64,000 nucleotides of DNA from Owenia fusiformis (lineage: Eukaryota): assembly GCA_903813345.2 (NCBI GenBank), contig CAIIXF020000001.1, positions 43,524,001-43,588,000 on the forward strand, given 5' to 3'. Made by a program: the position numbers and the translations under genes. Every line of letters begins with the position of its first letter. The first letter of the stretch is position 1. This document shows positions 23,701 to 33,200 of this stretch, piece by piece. The notes beneath the pieces are model-generated. The model did not search any database. It was not told where the DNA came from and worked only from the letters and a program-made list of their open reading frames with translations.

Positions 23701-26700
23701 GTTTGCCGCTGTATGAGAACTGACAAGACCTCACTGCAGTGTTGGTTGTAACTTCAGATATTGTGCTCCCTAAAAGTAAAGAAGAGATCAACGATTAAAA
23801 AAATGAAAACTGAGTTTGGAAGTAAAAGTATTAAATTGTGTACAATTGTGTATTTTGGAATTTTGCTTTTCTAATGTGTCAAGAACACTAAAGGTCAGGT
23901 GGCTCAGATTCGGAACGCATTTCTAATAAATAAACAATGGGTTTTTATGTATAAATAGACAGGTCTTGGTTCATTTTTAAATTCTGTGTTATTCACTTAT
24001 TTCAGTTCTAATGTCGTACCTGTTTCACAGTCCCATAGTCGCAATGAGTTGTCTGCAGCCCCTGAGAGAAACCTTGATGTATCCCCTTATACACAGTTAG
24101 GGAAAAGTAATTTCATAACATTATAAAATGGGTTTCTGAGTATTGGTTTTCGCTTGAGTAATGGCTTTGAGAGTATTTGATCATTTTGATGTACTCCAAA
24201 CAAGAATAGGTGATGACTAAAGTAGCTCCATCTTTAATTCTGATCGTAAAGTTCCCTTATTCAAAATAATTATATAAAAAATCATAACAATCTGTAACTT
24301 GTAACATCATATATTATTCAAACATTTTTTATAAATATCAAAGCTTGGGAAGTCTCATTAACAAGTGAATTCTAGAACACACACCGCACATTTTTTTTAA
24401 TGCTGCTTACAAGACATTCAGAAAATGAGTTTGTATCATAGCCAACCACTAATGCTACAGGTTGCTCATTATTATTCTTTTTGGGGAATTATTTGATTAC
24501 TTTTTTCAAAGGATACAATTGACATCTATGCACCACACGGCGCCATTGTGTCCTTTAAATGATCCTAGTCTCTCTCCATTGAGAGTGTACCATACATTGG
24601 GCTGTGCATCCTTTGCAGCTGAGAACAATAAATCACCTTCTCTGTTGTACTTGATCTGGGTTATCGACCTCTCATGGCCGTGTAACATTATAGGCTTCTG
24701 AAATCATAGTAAAAATACACAAATAAAATGAATATCACATTATAAAAAGAGCAGGCAATGTTTGAAAACTGCAACAGATTTTGACTGTTTCAAGCAATAT
24801 AATAGGCACAATTTCTGAAAGAATCTGTTTGGTGACCTTTCTGAAAAGACGACTATTTCAGTCACATTAGTTGATCAAGGGTCAAGGGGATTTCAAGGGT
24901 CATTCTGACCATGACTATTGTGATCCTGGTCATGTAAATGATATATAGGAGTAGTAAAACTGACTGAAGGTCAAAGCAGAACTCTGTTATCTAAGTTCAA
25001 AAAATTCAAATATCAACAATGAACATGTGTTTTTTTATTTCCTGTTGATTGTAAATTTCTGATAACTTTCCCAAGTCTTTCACACCTTTTAGATTCGTCC
25101 TCATTATTGCACGAGTCATCCTTAAATTTTACTTCTTGCGCATTCACATTTATTATAGCAGAAATAGAATTTTTTTAAAGTTTTAAAGGAATTCTCATCG
25201 AAGGAAATGACAAAATATTGCTTCTGGGACAAGATCAAATGACTTTGACATATTCTTTTCCCTACCTATATTGTAATTTACAATCAACACAAATATTCAT
25301 ATCATATTTAAGCATCCTCCTAAGCAGGTATCCAGAATCCGTACCTCCTCCTTCCTCCTGCTCTAACCAATTTGGAAGCGCCTGATTAAACTGAATCACG
25401 TGACCTAATTATGCGCAATGACTTATACATGATTTCTGTCGCAATCAGATTGCGAGTTCTTAATCGGGGAAATGCTAACTGCTTATCGCAGGGGGTAAAA
25501 AGAAAGAATATATTCTGGATTTTGAAGCCCTGTGATCGGAGGATGTATTTAAGCAGATATTGGACAAAGGACGATTCTCGGTTTGGAGAACAGTCTCCTG
25601 GGCTAATAATTTTTTCATGAAAAATATAGAAATATTACCCAAATTAAACTATGAATATTCGAAAGAGGACATTTAAATCTACAAGATGTAAAAATAACAA
25701 ATTGGTCTGAAGCAGGGATAACGCTCAATTTGACCGATTCAATAAAATACAAGTCTTGATTTGGGGAAAGAAGTTCATCAGTGTACTACGCTAATATTTT
25801 TTTGCGAAAAATCTAGAAATATTACCCAAATTAAATTATGACTATTCAAAAGAAGACATTCAAATCTATATTATGTAAAAAAATCAAATTTGTCCGAAGC
25901 AGGGATAATGCTCATTTAGATTGATGAACTTCGTTCTCCAAACCGAGAATCGTCCTTTATAAAAAAAATATTTTTGATCAATAAAATCATTGATTATAAA
26001 CCGTAAGTGTCTTTGATGTCCATGAAGAAAACATATAAAGATTTCTACTTTGAATGGATCTTCATGTATATTTTGAAATAGGTTCAATAGAGAAGGTGTT
26101 AGACCAGGCAATCATGTCTAAAGCCAGAAAAATGTTATTTTCAAACATTTTATCCTTTATAAATCTCAATGTTCCTTTAAAAAAGAAGATATTTTTGTAA
26201 ATATATGGATAAATCATTATGATTGGGAGCAATGATGTTATGGTGTCAGTTACACTATTTTAGAAGAGGTATGTGCATATCTTAGCTACTTAGGACAATC
26301 GTGTAATAATTAGGACCGTGCGATAATTAGGACCATTTTCCCTACTACACAAGAAACAATTGCATCTGAAATATGAAAAGTTGTGCACCTAAAATGTATC
26401 ATTTTCCATATAATATTGGACTGTGGTACTTTGATTGCTTATTTTTGGATTTGAATGCAACCAAACCCGTCTGGCCCAGTTATCTACTCCTGACGTCAGG
26501 GTTTAGATTTGAATGATGAACAGAAAAATGAAACTCCACAGCTCTTGTGATTCCATTAGCGAAGATGACACTTTCCCATAAAAATTAAGGAAGTGATTGA
26601 CCTAACTCAAACATCAATAGAAAATAAATATCCAAAATAAAATCCAGATAGAAAAATCATTCACATCGACATTGATTGAAATTTACTCTACCGAGCCGAC

Positions 26701-26926
26701 AGAAGCCAGCTGAGACAGCTGTGTTCAGTGGCCTTCAATAAATTGAAATATTCATTGAAAAAATCATACATGTCAAACATGTGTTGCCATAAAAATACTA
26801 ATCCTACAAATTACAGACAAAAGTAAACCCCGAAATTCACATATGGTATAGAATGCTATGTGACTATCATATCATAATAACATTTGCTTTGATTTCACAA
26901 ACGTAAAGCCATCAAATCCTCACCAT
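20771..26926 (-). CDS. EIF3I: Eukaryotic translation initiation factor 3 subunit I (WD40), 321 aa
   Basis: Exons 26926-26924 (ATG only, inferred), 24697-24517, 24085-24020, 23769-23635, 23392-23265, 22779-22669, 22488-22399, 22032-21866, 20855-20771 sum to 966 nt. The translation runs [27 protein letters not shown]...[12 protein letters not shown]...[15 protein letters not shown]...[30 protein letters not shown]. Confidence 0.96.
21096..21793. mobile_element. Composite foldback: two ~255-285-bp inverted arms around a ~150-bp TTAA-flanked module, in the last eIF3i intron
   Basis: ~21096-21352 is the inverted counterpart of ~21512-21793; the centre is TTAA|AGGAATAC...GACTCCT|TTAA. Confidence 0.82.
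24086..24516 (-). other. U12-type GT-AG intron in eIF3i
   Basis: 5' site GTATCCTTT from 24516 (minus strand); branch TTTTCCCTAAC at 24106-24096; AG ending at 24086; splits the Trp codon of DVN-W-DTS. Confidence 0.93.
25620..25920. repeat. Two ~188-bp-spaced direct repeats, probably inside a TTAA-flanked element (~25187-26176)
   Basis: TAGAAATATTACCCAAATTAAA..GAAGCAGGGATAA.GCTCA occurs at ~25627 and ~25814; outer TTAA|AGGAA ... TTCCT|TTAA. Confidence 0.65.
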
Positions 26927-27000
26927 TTTGCTAATATTTTTGTGAATATTTCCCGGTTTCTGGAACGGATGTACTAACCAAGCATGCGCAAAATAAACGG
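26927..27000 (-). promoter_or_regulatory. Putative eIF3i core promoter / 5' UTR
   Basis: NRF1-like TGCGCATGC on the minus strand at 26982-26990, just upstream of AAAATG|GTGAGG. Confidence 0.5.
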
Positions 27001-27243
27001 TCTCACGCCACAGTTTCTAAATCAAATCGGCAAAACAGGGCACTTTGGCCATCCCCGATCCCATCCCTTGATATGTTCAAGTCCAAGTGAATATGTGAGC
27101 GCAAGTGCTAAGTAACGGGAAGACACCAAAAATGGTTACAGAACATAGCAAGAAAAAGAAAAACATCTAAGTACACCAAATTAAACCCAAAGTGTCCTTC
27201 ATAACAACCCAAAGAAATTGAAAGAAAGGTGTGCTAAATTCAA

Positions 27244-27316
27244 TCCCTCTTGTAGGAATCGAACCTGGGACCCTTGGATCCAAAGACTTATGCTGTACCG
27301 ACTGAGATATAAAGGC
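27244..27316 (-). pseudogene. Degenerate tRNA-like sequence (nominal anticodon TTG)
   Basis: A-box-like TATCTCAGTCGG and B box GGTTCGATTCC at tRNA spacing; D, anticodon and T stems partly broken. Confidence 0.75.
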
Positions 27317-27395
27317 TTAAGCCACTTCAGCTGTCCCGTTGTAGCAACTTGGTATCCAGAGGTCCATTTCTCCAAATAGACACCAGGATCGTTAC

Positions 27396-28295
27396 TGTAA
27401 CGGATTTGGGTCTTAGTATGTATAATTTCTCAGTTATCTCTGTATTTACATAGAGGCTGGAGGTCATAGTATTGTGGTCAAACTTTACTGGCATCGTCAA
27501 CCAATCATGTATCGGTATCTAGTTTTAATTCTGGGTATCTTATAGGCTAGTGGCTTTCAGTTAGTAGGGACACTTCCATTTTTCAATTACATTATGGTAA
27601 TCTTCAGTCCACTTTTTGGTTAGTTTTGGTGCAAGCAGTCGTTTATTGTGGGATATTCTCAGTACCAGCTGCATTCACATAGCCAATCATTTGTCTTGGT
27701 CAGTTTTTAGGTTTGTCCTTTAGTCTTTTAGTGTTCAAGTTAACCAATCAGTTGGCTTCAATGTCTCAGTCTCTCTGTACAAGTTGCACTTAGGTTCACA
27801 GGGGTGATGTTCATCATCAGAACCTCAGTCTCGCCCCTGACTCGTTTCAGTTAAGGCCTTCAGCTCCTATGCTCTCTTTGTGGATATTTGGACTAGAAAT
27901 CAATTAAGGAGTCCAGTTAATCAATTAATTTGAAAAAATTGTCACCATCTTGGATATTTAGATGGACCACAGGAACTTGGTTGTTTAGGGTGATTTATTA
28001 TGCGTATTATTTCCATGTATTTTGAACACATGATTTGTTGACTCGATTTTATAATTGCCAGCCATCAGTCCAGGTATTTTACCTAAGATTTAATAAGTAT
28101 TGAGGTTACATGAGTTGTACTTGTATGCATATCTTATTGTTATGTAACATGTTCATGTATTTTATTACTTAATATTAACATGATAGTAATGTTGATTGTT
28201 GTTCACCTCAAACTTATATGTTTGTTTGATCCTTATTATTAAATCAACCCCAACGATACTGCACAACCCACAATACAACACTTAGGGTCATGACA
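27396..28295 (+). mobile_element. Solo LTR (~900 bp), probably Gypsy-type
   Basis: TGTAACG...CATGACA termini; 4-bp TSD TTAC at 27392-27395 and 28296-28299; three CCAATCA boxes; ATTAAA about 55 nt before the 3' end. Confidence 0.72.
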
Positions 28296-28302
28296 TTACA
28301 TA

Positions 28303-29177
28303 CACTCCCCTCCATAAGTTTGGCAACCTTTTTCCCCCATTGAACTACGTGTTAAAGCCTCTTTACCTTTGAATTTTTATTTACTTAACCTGCGATGAAA
28401 ATACTTATACTATTGATGGAAACGTAATTTGACTTTAATTCCAATACCTCTAAATTTTCTCAATTTTTTTCCTCAATTACAATAGGTCGAAAATTTATGA
28501 TAAATTTGATGAATTTTTGAAAATCGACATTCCCATGTTAACCAATGGGAAATGGTAGGTTTGCCGCAAGTCATATGACAGAATATCCATCCATCCGAGT
28601 CCTTGCAAAAAATACGAGTTAGGCAGGTAATTGAATTTGCTAACTTTATTTAACAAAAAATTGATATGTTTCTTCAGGTTCAACAAAGTTATAGGGCTTT
28701 AAAGTCAAAATTGTTTTTCAAAAAAACTCTCCCATTGAAATAACACAGGAGGCGAAAAATAATTTTCAAAAATGACTTTGAAGCGCTGTAACTTTAATAT
28801 TCATCAAATAAACTAAACACTTAGTGTTCAAAAAAGTTAGACAATTCAATTTCCTATATAAAAATATTTTTTGCTGAATCTTTTACTGAAAAGATATCCT
28901 GATTTCTGATTTGCCCCGAACCCTCCATTTCCCATTTGATTACATGAGAATGACGATTTTCAAAAATTCATCAAGTTTATCATCAATTTGCGACCTATTT
29001 TAATTGAGGAAAAAAATTGACATAATTTGGAGGTATTGGAAATAAAGTCAAGTTACGTTTCCATCAATATCATAAGATATTTCTTCGCCGGTTAAGTAAA
29101 TAAAAATTCAAACATAAAGAGGCTTTAACACGTAGTTCAATGGAGAAAAAAGGTTGCCAAACTTATGGAGGGGAGTG
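28303..29177. mobile_element. Tc1-like MITE with ~220-bp TIRs
   Basis: TA|CACTCCCCTCCATAAGTTTGGCAACC ... GGTTGCCAAACTTATGGAGGGGAGTG|TA. Confidence 0.92.
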
Positions 29178-29837
29178 TAACCAATGTTCTATGTTAGTTC
29201 CATGATTCTTGAAAAGCACAACTTGAAATAGTTCCTAAACATTCAAGACCAAAGTAATGGCAGCAGATCAGAATGTAGATTCTATTGCAAATCTAAGAAA
29301 CAATAATACAATTGCATGAATCACAGTTACAAAGGGAAGAGACTAAAATTCTTAAAGAAACCTTGCAAGAAAAGCAAACTCTAAGGCTGCATTTTTGAAC
29401 TGCCTGCGGTGCAAGTCAATTGCAAAATTTAATAAGTTTTTGTCTAGGTATCACGGAAAAGAACAATACTGAGCCACTGATGTGCAAATTGCATTGTCAC
29501 AAGTTTTCAACTAAAAAGACAGTTCATCCAAGCACACTTATACCACTAATTACAATGTGTCAATCTTGTCGACTAACCATGTGTGACAATTGCGTCGGCC
29601 GTTTTTGCCAGTGCACTACAGGAGGTTGATTGCAATAAACCATGATGTCTTTCAAAAGATGATTCATGTGAATGTAAGTGCGCTTGGATGAGCTATTTTT
29701 GATGTAACGAGATGAGCACTGCATGATTGTTCTTTTTCGTGATACCTCGGTGAGAAAACTCATTAAAATATTACGCAATTCACTTGCACCGCGGGCATAA
29801 GAAAAATAGACCCTACATAATCCCAAAACCATGATCT

Positions 29838-30005
29838 AACCCCCCTGGCAAAAAATTCGTTAGAAATCATGCAGTTTTTCATCATTCTGAGGACTTTTTA
29901 AGTGATTTAAATTGTCAAAAGCGAACACCCCCTGGAATTTTTCAAAAAGTGAACCCCCCCCTCCCGTCCCTCGGGCCCGCCCTCGGGGCCCCCTCGGCAA
30001 ATCCT
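29838..30005 (+). mobile_element. TIR-less remnant of the hAT-like MITE family seen at 46425
   Basis: AACCCCCCTGGC..AAATCATGCAGTTTTT..AAATTGTCAAA..CCCCTGGAA..GAACCCCCC..GGCAAATCCT is collinear with 46463-46618. Confidence 0.8.
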
Positions 30006-30216
30006 CTTCATTCATACTAAAGTCATTACAATATATGATAAAGATGGCGCAAATATCGTCCAAGACACAAGGTCTTCACATCTTCATTTCATATTCAGGT
30101 AGATTACTTTGAAATTGTGGTGTGAGCTTCAGCCTACACAACATGGAAAAAGCGATGTAAGAACTTCTGGAATATTTTGCCACTTATCGTTTATTTGTGG
30201 CCGTATTTCCCAAACC
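29960..30216 (+). promoter_or_regulatory. Putative promoter / 5' UTR of the DIPP gene
   Basis: GC box CCCGCCC at ~29976; YY1-like AAGATGGCG at 30041; AAACCATGG start context at 30217. Confidence 0.5.
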
Positions 30217-33200
30217 ATGGTGAAGGAAAAGCCAAATTCTGTTAGGACATACGATGAAGATGGATTTAAAAGGAGAGCAGCGTGCCTGTGCTTTAAAGAT
30301 GAAACGGAACAAGAGGTAGATGTCTAAGCTTACAAATATTTTTTCCCGGTTTCTGTTCAGATTTATTTTTTCATCATGATCATTCAAGAACGGGGTGATA
30401 CTAGCCTATCTATAGTCAGAAATTTTTTGAAATTTGGAATGAAAATATTCAGACTGACTTCAGTGTGTCGTATACAGACTACAGTCATATGAGTCTGTTT
30501 TCTACACTGCTTCAAAGGCAAGCAGTTGAACCTGAAAAATAAGATATACTATAGGCCTAGACTTACTTCGGTCCAAAGCCTTCTCTATATTCCGGCTTTG
30601 AGGAGGAAGATTGAGCTGCCTTAGTATTAAAATTTTGTAAATCATTGTGTCACACGCACAGTAAATATGGCATAATAATATGAAATATACCTTTATGTAT
30701 AGATTTGAAGAACATCGGCTCACATCCCCGTCTGAATCTATTGTTATATTTGATTTCTTTAAGCGAGAATAATTTCAAATGTTATTCACGTCCAGAACCG
30801 GAAGCCATTTTTAGCTACAGCGAGAAAATTTCACCATGTGTCAAACTCCGAAATGAAATTTTGAAATATCTAAATCCAGACAAGCAATGCTTCATCCTAA
30901 ATATGATTAATATTCTTAAAAATATTTATAAAATTTATTAAAAATGAGTTCTAGGTGCGTGTAGGTGCGTGTAGCACAGTACATACGAAATCAATGAAGT
31001 TTCGTCTAGCTGTAAGCTAGAGACTCGAGTAAGCCTAGACCATTGTGTCATAATATATAGAAAAATATATTCATATTGCACACGAATGACATTTGTATAT
31101 TTCAGATTATTTAGTGTTTAGTGCATTAAAGCTGGACTGCGCTCCGAAACGCAATCTTTGGTTGTTTCGGGGGTGAACTTTACCATTTTGAGCCTAATGA
31201 AAGATTATAGAATGATGAACAAATGGGGCAAATCTTGTGTAGAAATACTTACGATAAATGTGTCATTTCAAAGATTATTCATTGAATTGCTTCGATCGGC
31301 GCCGACGATATGATTTTGGAAAAGTTTCTAAATGAAGAACGTAACGTCACTTCCGAATCATAGCATTCAAAATAAGAAGCGTTTAATTACTTTCAACATT
31401 CATAAGAAGACTGTGGTCTAGGGGTACAACTCTCGCTTAGCACGCGGGAGGCCCGGGTTCGAATCCCGTGTTCGCCTTTTTATTTTTTTAACTAAATGAT
31501 TGTTCTTTGATATAACGCAGAAAAAAACAATTTTTATTTACATAAACTTTATATTAGAGCTTAAAAATGTAAAAACAATATATGTCAACATATTGCGTTT
31601 TGGAGCGATGTGCAGGTTTAAGCCTGGGCCCTCTTGTAATTTGAGGTCTGTCCGCCATGTTATTTTTTTTATAAGAAGTTACAGACTTTATGAGCCAATT
31701 TACAAATAATCCAACATATACAAATGTCATTTGTGTGCAATATGAATATATTTTTCTATATATTATTGCACAATATTATTTAGATTTCTTATATTTCAGG
31801 TTTAACTGCTTGCCTTCATGCCTTTGAAGCATTGTAACAGACTAGGGGTGATACTAAAATACACCTAGGTGTAATTGTGTTGTTTGTCATATCCAAAAAA
31901 CTGATCTCTAATACTCCAATTCGCGATCAGAGTTCTGGTGTAATTAACATAAATATCTCCCATGATGTATCGCTTTGGAAGGGACAACTTTTCATTGGCC
32001 CGCCGAATGAGTCAATTACTCTGAATGAAACATCCGGAGATTGCAAAGTCAAAGGTCATAATCCGCTAATTTCATTGCTCGATGATAACATCATAGCGTA
32101 TGTATAGCATCAAAATGGCGGACGATTACAGATCAAACAAAATTTCAACTAATTCTGATAAAACTAGCGTGAACCTTGACAAAATGGCAGTTTCTCAACT
32201 TCCGATCTTACATCAGCCCTCAAGCATAGTTATATGATCCAATCTGTTCAATAATCAGAAAGATAATCGTAGATTCAAAGTTACATTATTTATATTTTTT
32301 TGATCTTCAATGGCGTCTGAGTTATTTTTGGGAAATCAGTGACGTCACTGGAATTTGACGGCATTTTTAACTTCAGATTTCTTCGGTTTTAGGGTTTATA
32401 GTTCAAAAAGCCTTGTTGTATATCTTATTACAAACATATCTATCGTTTGTGCAAATGCAACTCTACATAAATGTTTAATAAAGCCTCACTCGGCATTGAA
32501 AATCGCACCCCTGTATGAGAGCTCTTCAAACAGGAGGTAACTAAACTGAATCGCGTATTGGAGTATTGACTCTTTAATGTCATTACAATTACCTATTTAC
32601 TTGTGCCATATTGTATGCTTGGTCAAAGGCCATATCAAAAAATTACCACAGATTTACTAAATGTTTGAATATCACCATCTTTGTAATATATTTTCTAGTT
32701 CAAGAGTTATGATCCAATTTCTTCAAAATGCCTTTATTATTATAAGAACTTATTTGACACTGCTTCTGAAAAAATCTACACTTTTAGATGTCATCATTAA
32801 TTGGGTTAGATCTCAATTTTTTAAAATATCAAAATTGGAATGTTAATGACACATTTGCACACAGTTTATTGAAAATATAACTTTCAATACTTCACTTATT
32901 TAACATTTACTCCCAATCTGAAATTGTTAATTCAGCCTTTTTTTAGTCTTTATTTTATTCTGTATCTATAAATAGTTTATTTACTTTCTACTTGAATAAT
33001 AATAAATGGGAAGGTCAAAGTTGTTTCATTAAGATAAAATTGTTAATTATGATTAAAAGATCAGCTCTCATATTCAAAAGCTTAATCATAAAAGTAGGTT
33101 CGTAAATCAAAACAAATTGTCATATTTGAACTTCATATTCTTGAAAACTGTGAACTTTATATTATGACAGATAAGTCAGTCACTTATGTTTCACTGATGA

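Larger units (their letters stand above)
30507..31831. mobile_element. Old foldback element disrupted by two younger insertions
   Basis: 30507-30545 pairs with 31788-31831, and 31041-31100 pairs with 31716-31775. Confidence 0.75.

Noticed and set aside
20771..26926. Intronic snoRNAs in eIF3i (also checked in SMG8)
   Set aside because: No convincing C/D box pair with a terminal stem or H/ACA fold was seen by eye. An Infernal/Rfam scan would be needed to exclude them.
27244..27316. Functional tRNA-Gln(TTG) gene
   Set aside because: The anticodon, D and T stems have multiple mismatches.
31407..31477. Functional tRNA-Ala(AGC) gene
   Set aside because: The acceptor stem does not pair, there is no G3:U70, the D stem is weak and it lies inside a TIR element. 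Reported as a tRNA-like cassette.
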